Source of the DNA: Candidatus Sumerlaeota bacterium
GTDB taxonomy: Bacteria > Sumerlaeota > Sumerlaeia > SLMS01
NCBI GenBank assembly: GCA_020848155.1
Contig: JADLAR010000007.1
Location: 32,826 to 96,825, forward strand
Direction of reading: 5' to 3'
Length of the DNA: 64,000 bases
Shown here: positions 55,939 to 64,000 of the stretch, in pieces
Layout of the letters: each line of letters begins with the position of its first letter
Numbering within the stretch: the first letter of the stretch is position 1
Translations under genes and position numbers: made by a program
The notes under the pieces: generated by a model
The model's input: the letters and a program-made list of their open reading frames with translations, nothing else
What the model was told of the DNA's origin: nothing
Databases searched by the model: none

Positions 55939-57846
55939 ATGGATGAACTGAAGAGGAAAATCGCGGCGATTCGGTTTCGGCTGAAGCTGTTTCGCGCCAT
56001 TGACTGGGCGCTGTGGGCATTGATCGGGGCGCTGACGGCCCTTTGCCTGACGTTTCTGATTCTCAATTTGTTCTCCAACAGTGTTGACCGCGTCATTGTG
56101 GCATCGTCGTTGGTTGGCGGTGCGCTGGTGGTCGCGATCATCGCGGGATTGTCGCGGCGGCTGACGCTGTTCGAGGCGGCGTTGCAGGCCGATTCGCGGC
56201 TGAAGTTGAGGGAGCGGATTTCGTCCGCGGTGTTGTTACGGGAGGTCCACCAGGACGACACGGAAGCCTATCGTGCGCTGGAGGAGGATGCGAAGCGTTA
56301 CGCGGCTGCGATCAGGATCAGCAAGGATTTCCCCTACAAATTTCCGCGGCACGGATGGCATACGGCCTGGCCGGCGATTGGCCTTATCGCGTTGTACTTC
56401 ATGCCGCAGTTTGACTTGCTGGGGATGGCCAACAGCCCCGCTGCGAAGAAGACCGAGCAGCCGACGTTGACGGCGGAGGAGCGGAAGAAAAAGGCGGAGC
56501 CGTTGCAGGAGCTTGCAAAGAAGGCGCGCGCGCAGGAGGCGGAGGAAATCGCCGCCGCCAAGGATGACCTGAAGCTGGCGGACAAGCTGGAGCGGTTGGC
56601 GGAGGATGTTTCCAAGGGTGCGAAGAACGAGAAGGAAGCGCTGGCGGAAATGTCGCGCATGAATGACGACGCGAAGCTGAAGCAGCGCGAGATGAACGCG
56701 CAGATGCAGCCCTTCAAGCAGATCAAGGGGTTGCAGGATGCGAACCAAACGCGTGAAATGCAGAAGGACTTGAAGGATCAGGATTTCAAGGCTGCCGCGG
56801 AGAAGATGCAGCAGTTGGCGCAGCAGATGATGAACCCGGAGCAGATGTCCGCGGAGGACAAGAAGGAGCTGGCGCAGGAAATGGAGAACCTGGCGCAGCA
56901 GTTGAAGGACAATCCGCAGATGGCCGATGCGATGCAGAAGGCGGCGGAGGCGATCAAGCAGGCGGCCGATCAGCAGTCGCAGGCGCAGGGTCAGCAGAAG
57001 GAGGATTCTTCGGGCGCCACTCCGCAGAATCAACAGGGGGGGCAAAAGGAACAAAAGCAGACTGCGGATGGCGGCCAGCAGCAGAGCCAGCAACAGCAAC
57101 AGGCGAATCAACAGAACGGCGGGCAGTCATCGAAGAGCGACGCGGCTTCGCAGCAGAAGGCGCAGCAGGCGGCACAGGCAGCGCAGGCGGCACTGCAACA
57201 AGCAGCACAGCAGATGCAAAACATGCAGGACATGCAGCAGCAGATGCAGCAGTTGTCTGAGATGCAGAAGCAGATGGCGCAGACAATGGCGTCATCGATG
57301 GCTGGTTCCAGCCAGTCCCAATCGGGCAGCCAGGGCGCGAATCCACAAAGCGGGCAGCAGGGATCGCAACCGGGTCAGCAGCCAGGCGGTCAACAACCGG
57401 GACAAGGGCAGGGGCAGAGTTCTTCGGGACAGGGGCAGGGAAACATGAATGGTCCCGGTAATTTTCAGAAGGGCATGAGCGATCAGCAGGGCCAAAACGG
57501 ACCCGGTGGATTGGGACGCGGTTCCGGATTCCGTCCCGACAGTGGTGCGGCGGCCCAGGGGTTTGTTGATACGTTCATCCCCGGCCAGAAAAATGAAGGG
57601 CAGATCATCGCCGTCTTCGACGTGGATGCGCCGGCGCCAAAGGGGGAATCGAACCTGCGCTATACCAGCGTTCCCGCCGCATACCAGCAGCGCGCCGCCG
57701 ATGCGTTGACGGACACAGAAATCCCGGTTGGCATGCGCAATTCCGTGAAGGATTACTTTGAGCGGATCAATTTTGGAAAGCAGGGTGATGGCGCACCGCC
57801 GCAGCAGTCTGCACCCGCGCCGCCGCAGCCCGCCAAGACACAATAA
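55939..57846 (+). CDS. Membrane-anchored coiled-coil protein with a long Gln-rich low-complexity region
   Basis: It has two N-terminal TM helices. The central region is a K/E/A-rich coiled coil. The C-terminal half is (Q)n/QQ[MA]Q-rich (...QQQMQQLSEMQKQMAQ...GQQPGQGQGQSS...). It is the first gene of the NHL/vWA/MoxR cluster. Confidence 0.5.
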   Translation: MDELKRKIAAIRFRLKLFRAIDWALWALIGALTALCLTFLILNLFSNSVDRVIVASSLVGGALVVAIIAGLSRRLTLFEAALQADSRLKLRERISSAVLLREVHQDDTEAYRALEEDAKRYAAAIRISKDFPYKFPRHGWHTAWPAIGLIALYFMPQFDLLGMANSPAAKKTEQPTLTAEERKKKAEPLQELAKKARAQEAEEIAAAKDDLKLADKLERLAEDVSKGAKNEKEALAEMSRMNDDAKLKQREMNAQMQPFKQIKGLQDANQTREMQKDLKDQDFKAAAEKMQQLAQQMMNPEQMSAEDKKELAQEMENLAQQLKDNPQMADAMQKAAEAIKQAADQQSQAQGQQKEDSSGATPQNQQGGQKEQKQTADGGQQQSQQQQQANQQNGGQSSKSDAASQQKAQQAAQAAQAALQQAAQQMQNMQDMQQQMQQLSEMQKQMAQTMASSMAGSSQSQSGSQGANPQSGQQGSQPGQQPGGQQPGQGQGQSSSGQGQGNMNGPGNFQKGMSDQQGQNGPGGLGRGSGFRPDSGAAAQGFVDTFIPGQKNEGQIIAVFDVDAPAPKGESNLRYTSVPAAYQQRAADALTDTEIPVGMRNSVKDYFERINFGKQGDGAPPQQSAPAPPQPAKTQ

Positions 57847-57971
57847 TTCATTTCCATTGTGCTGACAAACGCGTGGAAAAGCCAGTGCGCGGGCTTCCGG
57901 TTCGTGTGGTGGAGGAGACTCGTGGGGTCACTGGTGGGAGATGGAGCACAAGACAAACCCGGGAAGACCGA

Positions 57972-59000
57972 ATGAGCAGGGGTGCCGTAAATCGTTGTTT
58001 CCGCAGGGCGTGGTTTTTGTCTCTCGTCCTGATTTGCCTTCTGGCCGGTTGTGGCCCCAGCGGCTCGGAGACGGGGAACTTCCGGGGGGCGATGGCGTTC
58101 GGCGAATCAGGCCGGCAGCCTGCCCAGTTTTCCCGCCCACGCGCCGTGACGTTCACAAAGTCCGGCCTGATTGCGGTGATCGATCGCACGGGGCGGTTGC
58201 AATTGTTCCGGAAGGAAAATTGGGAATTTGTGCGGCAGTGGCGCTTCCCGCAATATGGCAACGGCACGCCCACCGGCATCACCACGGATCCCACGGATGA
58301 TACGCTGTGGGTGGCGGATACGCATTACTCACGCATCATTCACTATGACCAGGAAGGCCGCATCATCAAGATGTTTGGCAAGGCGGGGGAGAATCCGGGC
58401 CAAATGATTTTTCCAACGGATGCGGTTGCTGATCCCGATGGGAAGACGTTGTGGGTCTGCGAATATGGCCGCCGCAATCGTATCATCAAGATGGATCGCG
58501 AGGGTGTGTTCGAAAAGGAATGGGGGTCGGAGGTTTTCGATTCCGGCGATTTGGGACGGCCGATGGCGATTTGCCTGTCGGATGATGCGCAGCGGCTTTA
58601 CGTGATCGACGCGGGAAACAATCGCGTGGTGGTTTATGATCGGGACGGGAAGGAACTGAAGCGGTTTGGCAGGGATGGTAACGGGCCGGGGGAAATGATC
58701 TATCCTTTGGACATGGCAATGGCGCCCGATGGTTCGCTCTACGTCATGGAATATGGCAATTGCCGCGTCAGCCGCTTCACCCAGGATGGCAAGTTCCTTG
58801 GCGCGTGGGGGGAGCCGGGCTATTCCTTGGGGCAGTTGTATTCCCCATGGGGCTGTGCGGTGTCGCAGGAGGGTGACCTGTTGATGGCGGACACGAACAA
58901 CAACCGGCTACAGTTGTTGAAGGATCCCACGAAGTATTTTCACAGGGACATCGCGCCGGGCACCTATCGCGCGCCGGTTCTGGAGAATCCGCTGAAATGA
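57972..59000 (+). CDS. NHL-repeat (six-bladed beta-propeller) lipoprotein
   Basis: The lipobox is LICLLAGCG. Repeated NHL units are ...LWVADTHYSRIIHYD..., ...LWVCEYGRRNRIIKMD..., ...LYVIDAGNNRVVVYD..., ...LYVMEYGNCRVSRF..., ...LLMADTNNNRLQLL. The start was chosen at the Met at 57972. Confidence 0.7.
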   Translation: MSRGAVNRCFRRAWFLSLVLICLLAGCGPSGSETGNFRGAMAFGESGRQPAQFSRPRAVTFTKSGLIAVIDRTGRLQLFRKENWEFVRQWRFPQYGNGTPTGITTDPTDDTLWVADTHYSRIIHYDQEGRIIKMFGKAGENPGQMIFPTDAVADPDGKTLWVCEYGRRNRIIKMDREGVFEKEWGSEVFDSGDLGRPMAICLSDDAQRLYVIDAGNNRVVVYDRDGKELKRFGRDGNGPGEMIYPLDMAMAPDGSLYVMEYGNCRVSRFTQDGKFLGAWGEPGYSLGQLYSPWGCAVSQEGDLLMADTNNNRLQLLKDPTKYFHRDIAPGTYRAPVLENPLK

Positions 59001-62000
59001 TCCGTTTCGCGGAGCCGGTCTTCCTGTGGTTGCTGCTGATCATTCCCTTGGTGTGGGTTGCGTCACGCAGGCTGCGGCTGATCGAGCGCGGACGCCGCTT
59101 CACGATCATTGCCCTGCGCACGTTGCTGTTGCTGCTGGTGATCCTTGCGCTGGCAAAGCTGGAACTCCGCAAGTCGTCGCGCGACCTGAGCGTCTTCTAC
59201 CTGCTGGATGTTTCGGAGTCCGTTCCTCCGGACCAGCAGAAGAAGGAAACGGAATACCTTGCGGATTTGTCGAAGAAGAGGACCAGCGCCGACCAGACAG
59301 GCGTGATTGTGTTCGGGGAACGGCCGTCGATTGAAACATCGACGGTGAAAAACTATGAGTTCGAGGGGAAGTTGCTCTCCACGGTGGGAGGGGATCGCAC
59401 GGACATCGCGTCGTCGCTGCGGCTTGCAATGGCTGCGTTCCCAGTGGACAGCATGCGCCGCATCGTCCTGATGAGCGACGGGAATGAGAACTTCGGTTCG
59501 GCGCTGGAGGTTGCCCGCATTGCGAAGAACAATGGCATCCCCATCGACACGATCGCGCTGACCTACGAGTCGCGCAATGACGTGCAGTTGGAAAAAATCG
59601 TGGTCCCGGAACGCACGACGAAGGATGCACCGTTCGACATCAAGGTTTTTGTCAACGCGGAGCAGAACACGGAAGCGACGATTCGCATCTTCGAGGACGG
59701 GAACCTGATCCTGGAGGAGAAGCGCGGCGTCGCGGCGGGACGAAATCCCCCCTTCGTGATGCAGCACCGACTGAAGGAGGGTGGCTTTCACAACTACACG
59801 GCGACAGTGGAGGCGGCGGGGGACCAGCGCCCCCAGAACAATCAGGCGAATGGCTTCACGTACCTGAAGGCGGAGCCGCGAATCCTTTTCGCGGAAGGCG
59901 GTGACCTGCAATCGACGGCCTACATGCGCAGTGCGTTGCAGTCGGAGAACATCATCGTGGATGTGATTCCTCCGGGCCAGATTCCCACGGCCATTGAAAC
60001 GTTGCAGCGATACGACAGCATGATCCTGTCGAACGTGCCGGCGAATGAAATGAGCCAGGCGCAGATGCAAATGATCGAGCGCGCGGTGCATGACCTTGGC
60101 ATCGGGTTGATCATGATCGGCGGTGAGAATGCCTTCGGCGCGGGTGGATACATGGACACCCCGATTGAGACGGCGTTGCCGGTGTCGATGGACATCAAGC
60201 AGAAGAAGGTGCTGCCAAACGGCGCCCTGGTGATCGTGCTGCATACCTGCGAGATTGCCGATGGCAATGCGTGGGCGCGGGAGATATCCTCGGCTTCGTT
60301 GAATGTGTTGTCGGCACAGGATTACTTTGGCATCGTGTACTTCGGGCCGACGACTTCGACGAGCACGAAGGGGGGCACCAACACGACGGGGTGGGGTGGC
60401 GCAGGATGGGGGGATAATTTCCTGTGGGATCCCGGCCTGCAATTGGTCGGTGACAAGAAGGCCATGCGCACCGCGATCAAGGGGGTCCAGCCGTCGGACA
60501 TGCCGACGTTCGATCCGACGATGAAGATGGCGGCGGAGGCCCTGATTGCCGTGAAGGCGGAAACGAAGCACATGGTGATCATCAGCGATGGCGATCCGCA
60601 GCCGCCGCAGAAGAGCGTGGTGAATGCCATCCGCAACAATGGCATCACTGTTTCCACGGTTGGAATCTTTCCGCACGATCCGTCAACAGTTGCGACGCTG
60701 GAGGAGATGGCGCTGTGGGGCGGTGGAAACTACTATTATCCGAAAACGAGCAAGGAGTTGCCGCGCATCTTCACGAAGGAGGCGACGGTCGTGCGCAAGT
60801 CACTCATCCGCGAGCAAACCTTCGTGCCACACACGACGGCGCCAAGCGAGGTGTTGATGGGCATCAGTGGCTTCCCGCAACTGGATGGATACGTTGTCAC
60901 GTCGATCAAGGACCTTGCGATCGAGGCACTGACGACGGAGTGGGACGATCCGCTGCTGGCGCACTGGCGTTACGGCTTGGGCAAGACAGTGGCGTTCACG
61001 TCCGACGCGAAGGACAAGTGGGCGTCGAAGTGGGTGCAGTGGGGGAGCTTTGCGAAGTTCTGGTCGCAAACGGTGCGCTGGTCGCTGAGGGAAACGAACA
61101 ACTCGAATTTTCAGGTGCACACGGAGGTGCAGGGCGGCGTTGGCAAGGTGACAATCGACGCGGTGGATGAAGCGGGAAACTTCCAGAACATGATCAACTT
61201 CGATGCGAATGTGATTTCGCCGGAGTTTGGCGCGGAGAAGTTGCATGTGCAGCAGGTGGCGCCGGGCCGCTATGAGGGGACATTCCCGGCGTCGAAGGTG
61301 GGCACGTACATGCTTTCCATGAGCACGGGGCAGAAGGATGATAAGGGGAATCCGCAGTTCCTGACGAGTGGCGTGTCGCTTTCCTATTCGCCCGAATATG
61401 AAACGAGCACCAGTTCCGAAACCTTCCTGGAGAAGATTTCGCAGGCCTCCGGCGGCGTGGTGGTCAAGGACCTGGCGAGCTACAACCCGTACCTGCGGAA
61501 CCTGGCGCCGGTGCGCAGGCCGAATGTGTTGTGGCCGTGGCTGCTGTTGGCGGCGACACTGTTGCTGCCCGTCGATATTTTCCTGCGGCGTGTGTACCTG
61601 AACTGGATGGAGATCGGCGGCTGGATCAAAGAGAAGTTGTTCGGGCTTATCCCATCGCGGGAAAAGAAGGAAGCCTATGCATCGCGCATGGAGGGACTTC
61701 GCGCGGCCAAGGCGCGCGCGACCGCGGACAAGGATGCGGAGAAGGAGGAGCGCGTGGCGCGTGAGGCGTTCCGCGAGCGCCTGACACAGAAGGAGACGCA
61801 GGGTGCGACGGGTGATTCCGTGTTCACGAAGGAGGACGAAGGGAAGAAGCCCGTGGTTCGGCGCGAGAAGCAAACCTACACGACGGATACCGGCGCCGTG
61901 CCTCCACCGAAACCGGGCGGCATGGGCTCGCTCATGGAGGCGAAGAAACGCGCCCAGCAAAAAACAAAGAAGCAGGGCGAGCAGGGCAATGAGGAGGAGA

Positions 62001-62008
62001 AGAAGTGA
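58997..62008 (+). CDS. BatA-like membrane-anchored von Willebrand factor A domain protein (1003 aa)
   Basis: The N-terminal BatA-type TM pair is IPLVWVASRRLRLIERGRRFTIIALRTLLLLLVILAL. vWA MIDAS-like segments follow (YLLDVSESV...; MSDGNEN). A further C-terminal TM helix and a K/E-rich tail are present. Confidence 0.65.
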   Translation: MIRFAEPVFLWLLLIIPLVWVASRRLRLIERGRRFTIIALRTLLLLLVILALAKLELRKSSRDLSVFYLLDVSESVPPDQQKKETEYLADLSKKRTSADQTGVIVFGERPSIETSTVKNYEFEGKLLSTVGGDRTDIASSLRLAMAAFPVDSMRRIVLMSDGNENFGSALEVARIAKNNGIPIDTIALTYESRNDVQLEKIVVPERTTKDAPFDIKVFVNAEQNTEATIRIFEDGNLILEEKRGVAAGRNPPFVMQHRLKEGGFHNYTATVEAAGDQRPQNNQANGFTYLKAEPRILFAEGGDLQSTAYMRSALQSENIIVDVIPPGQIPTAIETLQRYDSMILSNVPANEMSQAQMQMIERAVHDLGIGLIMIGGENAFGAGGYMDTPIETALPVSMDIKQKKVLPNGALVIVLHTCEIADGNAWAREISSASLNVLSAQDYFGIVYFGPTTSTSTKGGTNTTGWGGAGWGDNFLWDPGLQLVGDKKAMRTAIKGVQPSDMPTFDPTMKMAAEALIAVKAETKHMVIISDGDPQPPQKSVVNAIRNNGITVSTVGIFPHDPSTVATLEEMALWGGGNYYYPKTSKELPRIFTKEATVVRKSLIREQTFVPHTTAPSEVLMGISGFPQLDGYVVTSIKDLAIEALTTEWDDPLLAHWRYGLGKTVAFTSDAKDKWASKWVQWGSFAKFWSQTVRWSLRETNNSNFQVHTEVQGGVGKVTIDAVDEAGNFQNMINFDANVISPEFGAEKLHVQQVAPGRYEGTFPASKVGTYMLSMSTGQKDDKGNPQFLTSGVSLSYSPEYETSTSSETFLEKISQASGGVVVKDLASYNPYLRNLAPVRRPNVLWPWLLLAATLLLPVDIFLRRVYLNWMEIGGWIKEKLFGLIPSREKKEAYASRMEGLRAAKARATADKDAEKEERVAREAFRERLTQKETQGATGDSVFTKEDEGKKPVVRREKQTYTTDTGAVPPPKPGGMGSLMEAKKRAQQKTKKQGEQGNEEEKK

Positions 62009-62014
62009 TGACGC

Positions 62015-62341
62015 TCACATTCGATCATGCTCTTCATCATCGCCCGGGTGGAACATCGCCTCAACATCACGAGCGCCGTGAAGGACGCGGACGATCTCAA
62101 TATAAGAGTCTTTTTGAGAGTAGAAAATTACGTAGTTCCCTTTTGGTAAGGAACGTAATTGTCCGGAAAGTTCCTGGCGATATCTTCCAATGCCAGAATT
62201 ATTTCCAATGGCTCGGATTTGAGCACGCAGGTTTTGGTCGATCTTCAATGCTGCTGCAGGATTTACAGCCGCGATATAATCATAAATATTTTCAAGATCA
62301 TCCAGCGCTTCAGGAGAAAACCTTACCCGCGCTGGTTTCAT
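62015..62341 (-). CDS. parE: ParE/RelE-family type II toxin
   Basis: The ParE-type C-terminus is ...LPKGNYVIFYSQKDSYIEIVRVLHGARDVEAMFHP. It is 108 aa and overlaps the upstream antitoxin gene by 4 nt. Confidence 0.75.
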   Translation of the reverse strand: MKPARVRFSPEALDDLENIYDYIAAVNPAAALKIDQNLRAQIRAIGNNSGIGRYRQELSGQLRSLPKGNYVIFYSQKDSYIEIVRVLHGARDVEAMFHPGDDEEHDRM

Positions 62342-62622
62342 TTCTTGATCTTGGCCGTGGTACGTTTGAGGGCAATGCGTCGATCAAGTTCCGCGAACGC
62401 TTCCTCCATCGGAATCCCTTCACCGCGTGCAAGGGAATCCAACCCTTTCTGAATTTCCTTCCGAAGCTCATTCAGCTTCAGTTCGCGGTTCTCCTTCTGT
62501 TGTTGAAGAAGGCGAAGGCCGTCGCGGATGACTTCGCTCGCCGTGGCGTAATGGCCGTCGGCGACTTCGCGCACGATGAACTCTTCCTGGTCATCGGCGA
62601 TGGTGATGGAACGTTTTTGCAT
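62338..62622 (-). CDS. parD: ParD/CopG-type (ribbon-helix-helix) antitoxin
   Basis: MQKRSITIADDQEEFIVREVADGHYATASEVIRDGLRLLQQQKENRELKLNELRKEIQKG... matches COG3609-type ParD. The start was chosen at the Met at 62622. Confidence 0.7.
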   Translation of the reverse strand: MQKRSITIADDQEEFIVREVADGHYATASEVIRDGLRLLQQQKENRELKLNELRKEIQKGLDSLARGEGIPMEEAFAELDRRIALKRTTAKIKK

Positions 62623-62727
62623 GGTCTGAACCCCCGTCGTTTCCGTGGTAGGATTAAATCCTACCGTTGTCAAGCAGCCTCAAATCAGCCTATTTCCTCA
62701 TTTCAACCCGCATAGGAGCATTGTCCC

Positions 62728-63738
62728 ATGGCAGACATCCAACAACAGGCGGCGGAGTTTCGCCGCGTCTTCGAAGGCCTTCTGGCGGAAACGCAGAAGG
62801 TGATCGTCGGCAACAATGACATCATTGAGGGGGTGCTGATCTCGCTCTTCGCGGGGGGGCATGTGCTGCTGGAGGGCGTGCCGGGCCTCGGCAAGACGAT
62901 GCTGGTGAAGACGCTCGGCCAGGTGCTGGACCTGCCGTTCAACCGCATTCAGTTCACGCCGGACCTGATGCCGTCCGACATCGTGGGAACGAACGTCGTG
63001 CAGGAGGACTCGGAAACGGGGCGTCGTTCGCTGGTGTTCGAATCGGGGCCGATCTTCACGAACCTTGCGCTGGCGGACGAAATCAACCGCGCCACGCCGA
63101 AGACGCAGTCGGCGATGCTGGAGTGCATGCAGGAAAAGCAAATCACGGTCGCGGGAAAGCAGTATCGGCTGAATCCGCCGTTCTTCGTGCTTGCCACGCA
63201 GAACCCGCTGGAGATGGAGGGCACGTACCCGCTGCCGGAGGCGCAGCTGGACCGCTTCCTGTTCAAGCTGCTGGTGCCGTTTCCGAAGCGCCAGGAATTG
63301 TCTGTCATCCTTGACCGCACGACGACGGCGGCGACGCCGCAGCCATCGAAGATCCTGGACGGGGCGGCGATCCTGCAATGGATGGAGTTCGTGCGGCAGA
63401 TCGTCGTCGCGCCGCACGTGCAGGATTACGCGGTGCGCCTTGTGCTGGCAACGCATCCCGAGAGTGAGTTCGCGACGGACATGGTGAAGCGCTACGTGCG
63501 CTTCGGCAGTTCGCCGCGTGGGGCGCAGTCGCTGATCCTGGCAGCGAAGATCAAGGCCTTGCGCGCGGAGCGATACAATATCGCGTTCGCTGACATCGCG
63601 TCCGTGGTGCTGCCGGCGCTGCGGCATCGCATCATCCTGAATTTCGAGGCGGAAGCGGAAGGCTTGAATGCGGATGCGATCCTGAATGACATGCTGAACA
63701 AGCTTCCACGCGAAGTCGCCGACTTCGCAGCGCGGTAA
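62728..63738 (+). CDS. MoxR-family AAA+ ATPase
   Basis: Walker A (LLEGVPGLGKTMLVKTLG) and Walker B (...LADEINRATPKTQSAMLECMQEKQITVAG...) motifs are present. The typical MoxR C-terminus is ...YVRFGSSPRGAQSLILAAK. Confidence 0.85.
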   Translation: MADIQQQAAEFRRVFEGLLAETQKVIVGNNDIIEGVLISLFAGGHVLLEGVPGLGKTMLVKTLGQVLDLPFNRIQFTPDLMPSDIVGTNVVQEDSETGRRSLVFESGPIFTNLALADEINRATPKTQSAMLECMQEKQITVAGKQYRLNPPFFVLATQNPLEMEGTYPLPEAQLDRFLFKLLVPFPKRQELSVILDRTTTAATPQPSKILDGAAILQWMEFVRQIVVAPHVQDYAVRLVLATHPESEFATDMVKRYVRFGSSPRGAQSLILAAKIKALRAERYNIAFADIASVVLPALRHRIILNFEAEAEGLNADAILNDMLNKLPREVADFAAR

Positions 63739-63782
63739 AGAAATGAATCGAACAAAGAGTTAAAGAGAGAAAGAGAATGAGA

Positions 63783-64000
63783 TGGCGGTATTGAACCAAC
63801 AGCAATTGGACAGAACATCGGACGCAATCATCGGTGCCGCCATCGAAGTGCATCGGGAATTGGGTCCCGGATTGCTGGAGAGCGTTTATGAAGTTACCCT
63901 GGCAGAAGAGTCAAGACAAAGAGGATTTGATGTGAAGTGCCAAACTCCGGTCGCGGTGCGGTACAAGAGTTTGCTGATTGAGGCTGGATTTCGGATCGAT
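63783..64000 (+). CDS. GxxExxY-family protein (TIGR04256-like), 5' part; it runs off the window end
   Basis: MAVLNQQQLDRTSDAIIGAAIEVHRELGPGLLESVYEVTLAEESRQRGFDVKCQTPVAVRYKSLLIEAGFRID carries the family-defining G-x-x-E-x-x-Y core (HRELGPGLLESVYE). It lies in a lower-GC stretch. No stop codon occurs before 64000. Confidence 0.6.

Noticed and set aside
56900-57450. CAG/CAA-rich DNA resembling a microsatellite.
   Set aside because: It is the coding sequence of the Gln-rich tract of the 635-aa protein. It is imperfect and in frame, and not a separate repeat element.

Overview
This is a high-GC (about 60-65% by eye) bacterial chromosomal window, densely coded on both strands. Taxonomic placement is not possible from the sequence alone.

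The core is a roughly 16-kb respiratory supercluster at 9.0-24.9 kb. It holds Alternative Complex III (actABCDEF), a membrane-anchored diheme cytochrome c, and an aa3-type cytochrome c oxidase (coxB, coxA, ctaA, ctaB, ctaG/cox11, a small TM protein, coxC). A perfect CRP/FNR-type palindrome lies in an unusually AT-rich 500-bp leader upstream of it.

Housekeeping genes flank this cluster: the dnaE C-terminus, manA, gatCA, phoH, glnE, queA, sppA, ddl, hpf, and a MoxR/vWA/NHL Bat-like cluster.

Accessory features seen:
- A polysaccharide/O-antigen-like operon (Wzm permease, epimerase, GT39-like membrane glycosyltransferase) led by an uncharacterised, overlapping small-protein plus 175-aa-protein pair arranged like a toxin-antitoxin module.
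- Two tandem paralogous 570-590 aa membrane proteins carrying an ABC-2 (NosY-like) permease motif but no ATPase partner.
- A His/Pro/Ser/Thr-rich secreted protein encoded by about 0.9 kb of tandem repeats.
- A lower-GC island at about 48.5-55 kb containing a Panacea-domain (DUF4065) protein coupled to a RelE/HigB-like toxin, an IS3-family transposase remnant bracketed by short repeats, a secreted orphan protein, HU, two paralogous small secreted proteins and a Xer-like tyrosine recombinase.
- A ParDE module wedged between the vWA and MoxR genes.
- A partial GxxExxY-family gene at the right edge.

No rRNA, convincing tRNA or CRISPR array was found. Many long Arg/Pro-rich ORFs in the six-frame track are antisense artifacts of the high-GC coding strand and were rejected.
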